A stretch of DNA of 64,000 bases from Fidelibacterota bacterium (GTDB lineage Bacteria; Fidelibacterota; UBA2242). Below are positions 51,486 to 62,138 of the stretch, piece after piece. How positions within the stretch are numbered: the first letter of the stretch is position 1; each line of letters starts with the position of its first letter. Position numbers and translations under genes: made by a program. The DNA lies in the NCBI GenBank assembly GCA_049975265.1, contig JBNGDF010000005.1:2780-66779 (forward strand). Direction: 5' to 3'. The notes under the pieces are model-generated. The model did not search any database, had not been told where the DNA came from, and saw nothing but the letters and a program-made list of their open reading frames with translations.

Positions 51486-53203
51486 GTGGAAGTGAGTCGT
51501 TTAAGAAAGATAACAATGATTGGACCGATTCTGGGCAGCATGCTGTTAACTGCTATGACTGACAGTGCGGTTATTTGGCAGGACGATTTTGATTCGGAAT
51601 ATCTAAATGGCTGGACGATTGTCGACCTTGCTCCGGGTCAACAATCCGACTGGCATGTTTATGATGGTTTTTTGGTTCATACTTCAAATATCGGCGGGAA
51701 AAAGCAGCTGGGGTCCCATATTGTCGCCGGAGACCGGGAATGGCGCAATTATACAGTTCGGGCTGAACTGGTTTTCACCGACGATGATTATATCGGGATT
51801 CTGTTTCGCTACCGGGATCAGAAAAACTATTACCGCTTTTTCTTATCGGGACAAAATGGACAGAGTTTTCTGGAAAAGCGGGTGAAGGGCGATATTCAGC
51901 GATTGGGCTTTTTCGAGGAATCGCTGGATGAATGCAAAATGACAATGACCGCTGCTGTTCACCAGGATACGATTCGGGTCTATCTCAATGATCGGGAATA
52001 TTTTACGGTGATCGACTCCAGTCATCCAACCGGTAAGGTGGGATTTATGACCTGCTACAACGAGGGGGCGTATTTTGACAATATTGTCGTATCGGAATTT
52101 TACGAACCGATGATAAAAGTGGTCAAACCGCGGCTGGATTTTCGGTGCGGACCCTACCTCCAGAATGTTCTCGGTGACAGTGCAACGATTATGTGGCAGA
52201 CGAACCTGCCGGCTAATTCGATTGTGGAATACGGTCGGCGGAAAGGATCTGCCAGGCGCATCGAAGTTGCGGGAAGCCGAAAAATTCATGAAATATGTCT
52301 GCGGAATTTGCGGAAAAATGCCCGTTATTTTTATCGGGTTATCTCGGATAGTCTGCAGAGCGAGTGGTTCTCTTTTCGGTCTTATAATCCAAACCGGAAA
52401 AAATTGCGATTTGCTCTGTATGGTGACAGTCAGAATAATTTTATGGTGCATCGCAAAATCGCGGTTGCGATTGAAAAACATGATCCGGAATTCATCGTCC
52501 ATGCCGGTGATCTGGCGCACGGCGGTCGGACTGGGCAACAGAATTTTTTCATCCGGCGGGCAGATTGTTGAGTAAAACACCAGGTTATGTTGCCCGCGGA
52601 AACCACGCCTATGGTTCGCCGCTTTTTGCCGATTATTTTTCCTTTCCGGAAAAGGAGCATGAAACCTATTATAGTATCCGGGTGGGAAATGCCTATTTCA
52701 TCTTCCTAGATAATGCCAAAGCCGATTTTCCTGACAAAGATTACTATCTTGATATTGATGAAGACAGCCAGCAATATAAGTGGCTGGTGCAACAATTAAG
52801 CTCCGCCGCGGCACAGCGCGCCGAATGGCTGTTTGTGGTAGCGCATGTGCCCTGCTATTCGGAGTTTGCCAGTCAGAAATTCGCAGGTAATATAAACGTC
52901 AAAAAATATGTACCGCTATACCGGCGTTATCAGGTGGATGCGGTTTTTTCCGGGCATATTCACGCCTATGAGCGGGGCGAGTCGGAGGGCGTTCACTATT
53001 TCATCTGTGGCGGTGCCGGGGGGACATTGGATCAAAAGCAGGAGCGGGATATTCCGGAGATAGAGGTTTCCCAGGCGGGTCATCACTACTGTATTGTCGA
53101 GATAGACGGTGCCCGTTTGTCATTTAAACAGTACGGAATCGATGGTCGGTTGCGGGACAGTTTTGAGATTAACAAGGGGGAGAAGCAGAATAAAAAGGAA
53201 TGA
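51486..53203 (+). pseudogene. Purple-acid-phosphatase-like metallophosphoesterase with N-terminal lectin-like domain, frameshifted at ~52527
   Basis: GPYLQ, YGDSQ, HAGDL in first ORF; DWATEFFHPA, GNH, AHVP, SGHIHAYER, GGAG in the next frame. Confidence 0.82.
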
Positions 53204-53286
53204 ATATCAATGCTTTGCAAAAGGGGGCAATAAGATTTATTTGGCTTGAATGAGCCGGTAAAGGGCGTAGAAAGGCAATTTTTTTA

Positions 53287-53349
53287 TTGACTCTGATGGA
53301 AATATTTTTTAAGGTATAGTGGAATTTATATTATTGAATAAATATTCAA
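53287..53349 (+). promoter_or_regulatory. Promoter and operator for the lamin-tail gene
   Basis: TTGACT 53287, 17 nt, TAAGGT; palindrome TTGAATAAATATTCAA 53334-53349. Confidence 0.7.
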
Positions 53350-53483
53350 ATGAAGTTCAGAATCTTACCCTCCCAAAAAAAAATATCTGGTTTCAGACAG
53401 GGGTACGATGGTTAAAAGAAAGGAGGCAGCAAACAGACTTTGAGAAAGGCGTTGAACATTTTTAATAAAGAAAAGGAGAACCT

Positions 53484-56400
53484 ATGAAAAAGCGTGGTTT
53501 TGTATTTATCGCTGCTCTGATGTTCGTAAGTATCAGTACCTTTGCTACGGTGGTTACAACATCGGATAGTGTCGTAATAAACGAGTTTACCTATAACTCG
53601 GAATACTACGACAATGAATGGATCGAGCTGTACAACATTTCCAAGGACACGGTCAATATTGTGGGCTGGTCATTGATGGACGGTTATGCAGGTCACAATC
53701 CTGCTGTTATTCCAAACACCTGTCCTGACACCCTCTTGGAGCCCGGTGAATATTTTACGATCTGAACGATTGGAGATGGATTAAGCCATGGTTGGCCGCT
53801 ACATTTTACTCCTAATGTGGATGCAGTCGGAAGCACCAATATCGTTTTAAATAATACCGGAGACATTCTGTACCTGCGGGACGCGACCGGAACGGTAGTC
53901 GACAGCGTCGATTTCTGGGATGAAGAAACATTCCCGGATGCACCCCGATGGGGTGTTGGTCCAACATGCGAGCTGATTGATCCTCTTGCTGATAACAATG
54001 ATCCGAATAACTGGGCCGCTAGTTTTATGTATGGCGGGACTCCCGGGTCCCAGAATCAGGTGGCTTTTGAAGTACCGAAAATCATCATCAGTGAAGTAAT
54101 GTACAATCAGACAGAGGGATATGAGTTTATCGAATTGATGAATGCCGGTGACGTGGATGTCGATATCAGCGGCTGGTGGATCACTGACGATAATCCAACC
54201 ACTGCTAAGACCCCCATACCTGCGAGCACGACTCTGGCAGCCGGGGATTTTTATGTCATTTTGGTTGATTCGTCCGAGGCTCCTCCCTTTGCACCGGATC
54301 ACAATATTGCCGCCGTTGCGCCAATTGGTCTGAATAATGATAAAGAGAATATCGTCCTTTTCAATGCCAATGACACGATGGTGACCTTTATGCATTATGA
54401 TGACGGCAGTTCCAGCTATGGTGAATTTGCCCATGCTCCCAAAACCAGTGGTCATACACTTGAAATAATTGATATCAATTGTACCAATTGGGAGCCTTTA
54501 AACTGGCAGTTGAGTCTCTATGTAGGCGGTTCGCCAGGAGCTCTGAATGCCACGCCGGCGTCACTGGTTTTGGCTGAAATTGTCGGTACTAACAAAGTTG
54601 ATCTGACCTATTCGGAACCGGTGGATTCAACCCAGGCTGTGACGAAAACCAATTACAAGGTCGATCATGGAGTTGGTAATCCGGATACTGTCATATGGTT
54701 AAGCGAAGTCATGGTAGAACTGACCGTGTCGGAAATCAAGTGGGATACCACGTACGCTCTGGCGGTCTGGAATGTCACCGATCTTGAGAGTGGAACTCCG
54801 ATTCCGGATAGTACCGTCATCACCTACGGTCGTTACAAACCTGATGCCGAACCACCGGTTGTTGTGGCGGTTAACGCGATGACAGATTCAACGGTCGTGG
54901 TCGAGTTTAACGAAGAGGTGGATTCCACTTCGGCGGTAACGCTGACCAACTACAGCATCGATAACTCCATTGGCAATCCGCTGGGTGTCACCTGGTTTGG
55001 TGATAAGGTGGAGCTGGCATTAGCCATGAAACTGACCCTGGATGCCACGTATACCATTACGGTCAACGGGATTACCGATTTGTACGAAAATACAATGACC
55101 ACCGCCGCCGTTTTGGAGTTCGTCCTCCGGGATTACAGTGGCAAGATTATCATCAACGAGTTCACCTACAATTCGGAATATTACGATAATGAGTTCATTG
55201 AGTTATATAATAATTCTGATGAAACCATTAATATCGCCGGTTGGGGTTTTCAGAACTCACTGGATAAGGATGTTTTAATTGTAGCCGATACAATCGACAC
55301 CGAAATCGAACCGGGGACCTATTGGACAGTTTGGCTGTATGCGGATCCGTTATCCAGGGGTCTCGATTGGCCACTGCACTTTACGCCGGATTGGAATGCG
55401 GCGATTGATTTGACCGATTCTACTAAAATCCACGTCTTCAATCTCTGGAATTCCGGCAGCGATATATCGCTCTATGACGAAGCCGGCAGAACCGTTGATT
55501 TTGTTGATTTTAAGGAAGAAGAGACCTTCAATCAGCAGGCAAAATGGGGTGTTGGTGTGACCCTTGAGCGGATTGATCCCGACGGTCCCTCCAACGATCC
55601 GGAAAATTGGATGGCGAGCTGGTACTACGGTGGGTCACCCGGTGCAGCCAACCGCATTGATCGCCCGGTCTATCCGAAAATCGTCATCAACGAAATCATG
55701 TACCACAGCGCCGATGGTAATACCGAGTTTGTCGAACTGAAAAACCTGGATGATGTTGCCGTGGATATCAGCGGCTGGTGGTTGCGGCGTGATAATCCGA
55801 CCCTTCCGAAAGTACCGTTTACCGGTGAAACAACTCTGCAACCGGGCGACTTCTATGTTGTTCTAATTGATTCTCTCGGCGGACAGGATCTGGGATTTGT
55901 TCCGGATATGAATTATACCAATATTTCCAAGATCAACTATTCCAACAGCAAGGATAACGTAATTCTGTTTAATGACGATGATATGATGGTGACCTATGTA
56001 CATTATGATGACGGTGCTCATAGTTATAGTGAATTCACCCATGCAATGGATGCTGACGGACTGGGTAAGTCGCTGGAATATTGGGATTACCGGAAAGAGA
56101 ACTGGGAACCATTAGCCTGGGCAGCCAGTCAGGATTCCGGTGGAACACCCGGCAGAGAAAACTTCATTCCCGATGTCGTTCCGCCGGTCGTGGATTCAGC
56201 CCTGGCGATCAGTGATACTACCGTGCGAGTCTACTTCAACGAAGAGCTGAACTATACGACAGCCGTAAACAAGAACAACTACACTATCGACAATGGTATT
56301 GGTAATCCGCTCTACAATCTTCTGGAGTCTGGCAATATGTCGGTTATTCTCTACCTGAATCCGACTAATCCGCTGGTTGAAGGGACAAACTACACGGTTA

Positions 56401-56786
56401 CCGTTACCGGCGTCACCGACGTTTCCGGAAATGCCATCGAAGACATGAATACGGCGACCTTTGTCGGTCCGGCGGTGGTTGGAATAAACGGTGAGGATGC
56501 TCTTCCTAAGGTCTTCGCCCTGCATAAGAACTACCCGAACCCATTTAACCCGGTCACGACGATCAATTACGATCTTCCCAAAGATGCCAATGTTCGCATC
56601 GTGATCTATGATGTAATGGGACGGGAGGTTCGCACGCTGGTGAACCGGCATCAGAAAGCGGGCTACAGGACACTGCAGTGGAATGCACTGGATAACCGCG
56701 GACTTCCGGTCAGTTCAGGCTTCTATTTCTATGTGATGGATGCCGGCAACTTCCATAAGACCGAGAAGATGCTGTTGCTGAAGTAG
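53484..56786 (+). pseudogene. Secreted multi-lamin-tail/Ig-like protein with C-terminal sorting domain; in-frame TGA at 53763-53765
   Basis: ORFs 53484-53765 and 53817-56786 share a frame; duplicated INEFTYNSEYYDNE.IELYN units; NYPNPFNPVT CTD; 1100 aa if restored. Confidence 0.82.
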
Positions 56787-56806
56787 TGTGTCAAAGTGGA
56801 AAACTG

Positions 56807-56840
56807 AAAAAGGCTGCCTTTCATCGGGCAGCCTTTTTTT
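56807..56840 (+). terminator. Intrinsic terminator
   Basis: AAAAAGGCTGCC...GGCAGCCTTTTTTT. Confidence 0.88.
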
Positions 56841-57014
56841 CTCATAATGAAAGCGGCTGTTGGAAATAATATTGGTGAATATTTTCATTGACTTTTAGCC
56901 AGATTTTCCGCAAACTTTATTGGAATTATTATTTGTGTATATTTATTCTAAGTTTGAATTTGCCTGAATGCTCCAATTTTTTAAAATTTCAAATGTCAAT
57001 CAAAGGATGCCCTG

Positions 57015-57899
57015 ATGAAGAAACTGTTTACAGGAGGTCTGATTGCTTTAATGACCATGGGATGTTCTCAGAGCGATCGTAAACCGATTGATTTTTATGA
57101 TCGTCTGAATATCCTGCCCATCCAGGCACACCGCGGCGGTGGTCTGGCATTGCCCGAAAATACGCTGGAGACCTTTGAATTTACCTGGGCAAATCAGATG
57201 ATTCCCGAAGCCGATATCCGGACAACCAGTGACGATGTCATTGTCTGTATACATGATGATACCGTTGGACGGGTGGCTCCGGATGCTTCCGCCAATTTAA
57301 AAAAGAAAAAATTCGAAGAGCTTGATTTACAAACGATCAGGTCACTAGATGTGGGTCGCTATCGGGGCAAACCCGGTCAGCGGATTCCCACCTTGGAAGA
57401 AGTATTCGCCGTGATGCAGGGACATCCTGAAAAATTGCTCTACCTGGATTATAAACAGATCGATCTGGACCGACTGGCGACGCTGGTGAAAAAGTATAAT
57501 TTGGAAAAACAGATTATTTTTACGACGAAGCACTATGACCTGATTCTGGAGTGGAAAAAGCGGATTCCGGAATCACCGACCATGATCTGGATAGGGGGTT
57601 CACTGGCGCATAAAAAGGAGACTTATGCCAGCCTGAAGGAGGCTGATTTTGAAGGTTTAACAACACTCCAGATCCATGTCAAACTGCAGGATAACGGGCA
57701 ATTTACCCCCGATGCGGATTATCTCGGTGCCTGCTTGAAAGAGTTGACGAAACATGGTGTCTTGTTTCAGGTACTGCCCTGGCGAATTAACGATCCGGAA
57801 GTCTTTAGAAAACTGATGGATATCGGTATCCGTTCCTTTGCCACCGATTTTCCTGATTTAACGCTTGCAGTATATACCGACTATTTAAAAAGTCCGTGA
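57015..57899 (+). CDS. Second GDPD-family phosphodiesterase, lipoprotein
   Basis: Lipobox TMGC, QAHRGGG...PENT, EADIRTT.D...VCIHD, IPTLEEV, FATDFP. Confidence 0.88.
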   Translation: MKKLFTGGLIALMTMGCSQSDRKPIDFYDRLNILPIQAHRGGGLALPENTLETFEFTWANQMIPEADIRTTSDDVIVCIHDDTVGRVAPDASANLKKKKFEELDLQTIRSLDVGRYRGKPGQRIPTLEEVFAVMQGHPEKLLYLDYKQIDLDRLATLVKKYNLEKQIIFTTKHYDLILEWKKRIPESPTMIWIGGSLAHKKETYASLKEADFEGLTTLQIHVKLQDNGQFTPDADYLGACLKELTKHGVLFQVLPWRINDPEVFRKLMDIGIRSFATDFPDLTLAVYTDYLKSP

Positions 57900-57915
57900 A
57901 AGGAAGCGACCGGGC

Positions 57916-59289
57916 ATGAAATCCTACGAAATTGAGACTTCGCAGCGGATAAAGGATGCGCTGCAAATCCTTGACGCGAGTAAAATTGTCGAAATCGGTA
58001 GCGGCATTTTAGACAGGATAGCGGAAATCTTTCGGCGCTGTTTTGATGATCGACCAGCGATCATTATTGCGGATATGAATACCTATCCGGCTGCCGGACG
58101 GCAGGTTGAAACACTGCTAAAAAATTCGGGTATATCGCTGCTGGAAACGTTTATTTTCAGGGAAGCTGATTTGTATGCAGAGATGCAGCATGTTGACCAT
58201 TTGGTGGAGCTGCTCTCGAAAGTAGATGCCATTGCCATTGCGGTGGGGTCCGGTACCATCAACGATCTGGTCAAGTTAAGTTCCTATCGTTGTGGTCGTC
58301 AGTATCTGGTGGTGGTGACTGCCGGATCGGTGGATGGGTACAGCGCTTATGGAGCATCAATCTCAGAAAATGGTTTAAAACAGACCTTTTTTTGTCCGGC
58401 ACCTCAGGCGGTGATTGTGGATTTGGATGTTATAGCCGCCGCCCCACGGATAATGAATGCCTGGGGATATGCCGATTTGGCAGCAAAAATCCCGGCGGGC
58501 GCCGATTGGATTATCGCGGATGCACTGGGGATTGAACCGATTGACAGAATTGCCTGGAATTTCGTGCAACGACCGCTACGGAAATTAATCACCGATCCTG
58601 CCGGTGTCAGAAATGGCGATCAGCGGGCACTCTGTTTCCTGATCGAGGGATTAATCATGAGTGGTCTGGCGATGCAACAGGCGAAATCCTCGCGACCGGC
58701 TTCGGGTGCCGAGCATCAGTTCAGTCACCTTTGGGACAACCAGCATCATATTCACCATGGCAAGGCGCCTTCCCACGGTTTCAAGGTAGCGGTGGGGTCT
58801 ATGGCATCCATTGCGCTCTATGAGGCAATGTTTGCAATTCTGGGTGATGCTCCATCAGCGAAACTACGGGATGTCACCGGCTACTGGTTGGATTTTGCTG
58901 ATATTGAGAGAGAAATAAAACGGGAATTTCCCAGTCCGCAGGAGTCGGTTCAGATCATTGAGCAGAGCCGTGAAAAGTATGTCGATCACAGAGAGTTAGC
59001 CAAACGGGTTGCTCAGGCAGTCTCCATCTGGCCGGATTTGAAGAAGAAATTGCTGAAACAACTGCTCGATTTTAAAGAATTTCAAGCCCTGCTCAGAAGG
59101 GTGGGGGCACCCCTCTCACCTCTTGACATCGGTATTGAGCCGGATCGGCTGAGGGCTAGTTATCGAACCGCCTGGCTGATACGGCAGCGGTATACGATAT
59201 TGGACTTTACTTACCAGTTGGGTATATTCGAGCAGTGCATCGGGTATATTTTCGATTCCGAACGGTATTGGAAATCCTCGTCTGAATAA
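57916..59289 (+). CDS. egsA: sn-glycerol-1-phosphate dehydrogenase (AraM/EgsA family)
   Basis: GSGTINDLVK, TAGSVDGY, AWGYADL.AK, RPASGAEHQFSHLWD, HG.KV, RYTILD. Confidence 0.88.
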   Translation: MKSYEIETSQRIKDALQILDASKIVEIGSGILDRIAEIFRRCFDDRPAIIIADMNTYPAAGRQVETLLKNSGISLLETFIFREADLYAEMQHVDHLVELLSKVDAIAIAVGSGTINDLVKLSSYRCGRQYLVVVTAGSVDGYSAYGASISENGLKQTFFCPAPQAVIVDLDVIAAAPRIMNAWGYADLAAKIPAGADWIIADALGIEPIDRIAWNFVQRPLRKLITDPAGVRNGDQRALCFLIEGLIMSGLAMQQAKSSRPASGAEHQFSHLWDNQHHIHHGKAPSHGFKVAVGSMASIALYEAMFAILGDAPSAKLRDVTGYWLDFADIEREIKREFPSPQESVQIIEQSREKYVDHRELAKRVAQAVSIWPDLKKKLLKQLLDFKEFQALLRRVGAPLSPLDIGIEPDRLRASYRTAWLIRQRYTILDFTYQLGIFEQCIGYIFDSERYWKSSSE

Positions 59290-59309
59290 AACATTAGCGG
59301 AAAAGGAAC

Positions 59310-60161
59310 ATGGATAACAAGACAACACATTTAAAGCGGCTCGTGAATATTCGCCACCTGGTACTGGATATGGACGGAACCATTTACAACGGCAGACGGC
59401 TGTTTAATTTTACCACTGATTTTTTTAAAAAGCTGGACAACCTGGGAATTCGGTACACCTATCTGACGAACAATTCATCGAGAAATGTGTCGCAGTATCT
59501 GGAAAAAATCCGCAGCATGAACCTGAAAGGAACCAAAGAGAATATCTACACATCTTCGCTGGCGACGATTGATTATCTTCAATCCAGGCGACCGGAGCTG
59601 CAGAAATTGTATATTCTGGGAACGGAGGGATTGAAAAGGGAATTTCGGGAATATGGATTTACGGTCGTGGAGACAGACGGCGCTATGGAACCGGACGGCG
59701 TAGTGGTCGGTTTTGATACCTCTCTTGATTTTAAGCGCTTATGTAAAGCCGGATACTGGATCAAAAGCGGAAAGCCTTTTATAGCGACGCATCCTGATCG
59801 CATCTGCCCTACGGATCAACCGACGCTGCTGATTGACTGCGGGGCTATCTGTGCCGCTCTGAGTTCGGCGACCAGCAGGGCGCCGGATGTGGTGCCGGGT
59901 AAGCCCGACCCAGGTATGATTTGGGGAATCATGGAGCGCAATAAATTACACAAGGAAGAGGTAGCCATGGTGGGCGATCGCCTCTATACGGATATTGAGA
60001 TGGCACGCCGAGCCGGGGTGATGGGGATTTTGGTATTGTCCGGTGAAGCAACGGCGGAGGATGTAAATAACGCCGTCCATCAACCGGACCTGATTGTGGA
60101 AAATATCCGGGAACTTGGGGAACTACTGGAACAGAGTCATCAGGTGAACAACCGAGAGTGA
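59310..60161 (+). CDS. HAD-IIA phosphatase (NagD/AraL family)
   Basis: LDMDGT, LTNNS, ATHPD, GKP, VGDRLYTDI, VLSG. Confidence 0.92.
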   Translation: MDNKTTHLKRLVNIRHLVLDMDGTIYNGRRLFNFTTDFFKKLDNLGIRYTYLTNNSSRNVSQYLEKIRSMNLKGTKENIYTSSLATIDYLQSRRPELQKLYILGTEGLKREFREYGFTVVETDGAMEPDGVVVGFDTSLDFKRLCKAGYWIKSGKPFIATHPDRICPTDQPTLLIDCGAICAALSSATSRAPDVVPGKPDPGMIWGIMERNKLHKEEVAMVGDRLYTDIEMARRAGVMGILVLSGEATAEDVNNAVHQPDLIVENIRELGELLEQSHQVNNRE

Positions 60162-60194
60162 TACTGTAGTGATTTAGATTACAGGAGACATCAG

Positions 60195-61583
60195 ATGATC
60201 TTTAGCAGGCTGTTCAATTTTTTAAAGGTGGCACCGGATGTACCGCCGATTACCGATGAGCACGTGATGCGGAAACAGTACAAATACTGGCGTTTCCGGG
60301 TCATGTATGTCATGATGTTCGGCTATATGGGCTACTACTTTGTGCGTAAGAGTCTGGCGGTGGCGATGCCGGTTATCGAGCAGGAGTTTAATATTCCCAA
60401 GGCACAGCTGGGTCTGATTCTGACGGCGTTTGGGATTACCTATGGGGTCTCAAAATTTATCAACGGTTTTGCGGGTGACCGCACGAATCCGCGCTACTTC
60501 ATGGCGTTGGGCTTGATCTGTTCGGCGCTGATCAATGTGTTTTTCGGACTGAGCAGCGGTATTATTACATTCGGTGTGTTCTGGATTTTAAACGGCTGGT
60601 TTCAGGGAATGGGCTGGGCACCCTGCAGCAAAACGCTGGTCAATTGGTATGCCGCCCTGGAGCGCGGCGTCCGGTTTTCCATCACCAACACCGCCTGTTC
60701 CATCGGAGCTTCGGGAGTCGTCTTTTTAAACGGTTTTCTGATTGTCCGCTACGGCTGGCGCTCCTGCTTTTTTGTGCCGGCGGGGATTGCCTTGCTGGCG
60801 GCGCTTTTTATTTTGAATCGTCTGCGCGACCGTCCGCAATCGCTGGGTCTGCCGCCGGTGGAGGAATATGTAGGCGAGGAAGCCGATATCAGCGATTCAA
60901 AAGATGGGCAAAACGTCTCATATAAAAAGGTTGTGGTTCAGTACATTTTCAAAAATCCGGGAATGTGGATCGTCAGTATTGCCAACTTTTTTGTCTATGT
61001 GATCCGCTATGCGATTCTGGATTGGGGTACCACCTTTCTGACGGAGTCAAAGGGCGTGGATATTACCCAGGCGGCGGGGATTGTCGGTGGCTATGAACTG
61101 GCGGGATTAGCCGGTATGCTGGTCGGCGGCTGGGCTATGGACAAGCTGTTTAGAGGCTACGGCGGACGGACCTGTGGAATTTATATGGCGTTATGTACCC
61201 TTTTTATTTATCTGTTCTGGAAATTGCCGGTACAATCGGTGATTCTCAATGGAGCACTTATCTGGGGTACAGGATTTATGATTTATGGTCCGCAGTGTCT
61301 GGTAGCGGTTATCGCTGTCAACATGGTGCCGAAAAGCGCCGGTGCGGCAGCGGTGGGACTGACCGGTCTGTTTGGCTATTTAAGTACGATTCTTTCCGGT
61401 TGGGGGCTTGGTTTGGTAGTTGACAATTTCGGATGGGATACCGGCTTTATGGTATTGGTCCTGTCATCTCTGGCGGCGATGTTCTGTTTTATTTTGTTGT
61501 GGAACCGGAATCCACATCTGCCGGGTTCCAAAGCGCATACAGAGCATGAAAATAATAAATTGAGAAACCGGAGTGCCAGATAG
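60195..61583 (+). CDS. glpT: MFS organophosphate:Pi antiporter (GlpT/UhpC family)
   Basis: GY..YYFVRK, YGVSKF, NGWFQGMGW.PC, LRDRPQSLGLPP.EEY, N.FVY.IRY...DW, IYGPQ. Confidence 0.85.
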   Translation: MIFSRLFNFLKVAPDVPPITDEHVMRKQYKYWRFRVMYVMMFGYMGYYFVRKSLAVAMPVIEQEFNIPKAQLGLILTAFGITYGVSKFINGFAGDRTNPRYFMALGLICSALINVFFGLSSGIITFGVFWILNGWFQGMGWAPCSKTLVNWYAALERGVRFSITNTACSIGASGVVFLNGFLIVRYGWRSCFFVPAGIALLAALFILNRLRDRPQSLGLPPVEEYVGEEADISDSKDGQNVSYKKVVVQYIFKNPGMWIVSIANFFVYVIRYAILDWGTTFLTESKGVDITQAAGIVGGYELAGLAGMLVGGWAMDKLFRGYGGRTCGIYMALCTLFIYLFWKLPVQSVILNGALIWGTGFMIYGPQCLVAVIAVNMVPKSAGAAAVGLTGLFGYLSTILSGWGLGLVVDNFGWDTGFMVLVLSSLAAMFCFILLWNRNPHLPGSKAHTEHENNKLRNRSAR

Positions 61584-62056
61584 TGGGAAAGCGGTTAAAA
61601 ATTGCGATTGACTGTGACGATGCGGCAACGGACCTGAAAAAAGTTATTTATGAGCATTTGAAGACATCTGGTGTTGATATTACCGATTTGAATTATGGAG
61701 CGGGGCGTGACGCCATGTATCCGGAGATCGGCTATCATCTGGCTCTGAAAATCCAGACCGGCGAATATGATCGGGGAATTTTAATTTGTGGTACCGGTTT
61801 GGGAATGGCGATTATCGCCAATAAGGTCGAAGGTGTGTATGCCGGTGTTTGTCACGATGTTTATTCGGCTGAACGTCTGAGAAAGAGCAACAAGGCCCAA
61901 ATATTGACCATGGGAGCGCGGGTCATCGGCAGCGAGTTGGCAAAAATGATTGTGGATGCATGGTTGCACTCCGAATTTAGCGGCGGTCACTCACAACCCA
62001 AAGTAGACCAGATCAAAGCTCTGGAAAGACGCTCTTTTCTTTCGAAAGCGTTATAA
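61583..62056 (+). CDS. rpiB: RpiB/LacAB family sugar-phosphate isomerase (DerI-like)
   Basis: RGILICGTGLGM.I.ANKV.G, HD.YSAER.RKSN.AQ..TMGARVIG, S.PKV. Confidence 0.88.
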   Translation: MGKRLKIAIDCDDAATDLKKVIYEHLKTSGVDITDLNYGAGRDAMYPEIGYHLALKIQTGEYDRGILICGTGLGMAIIANKVEGVYAGVCHDVYSAERLRKSNKAQILTMGARVIGSELAKMIVDAWLHSEFSGGHSQPKVDQIKALERRSFLSKAL

Positions 62057-62138
62057 TTTATAACAATTATTTCTTTTGTTTATACCCTGAGCCCGTTTTA
62101 TGGATTTGCTGTCAGGGTAATTCTACATGTAGAACATT

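Noticed and set aside
18111..53765. Stop-codon reassignment or selenocysteine/pyrrolysine readthrough explaining the in-frame stops
   Set aside because: Context implies different residues (Trp at 53763 from the internal repeat, probably Gly at 18426 and Gln at 18111), each one substitution from a sense codon, and many intact genes here end in TGA or TAG
57916..59289. Archaeal-type lipid biosynthesis cluster
   Set aside because: No prenyltransferase genes in the window; neighbours are catabolic and uptake genes
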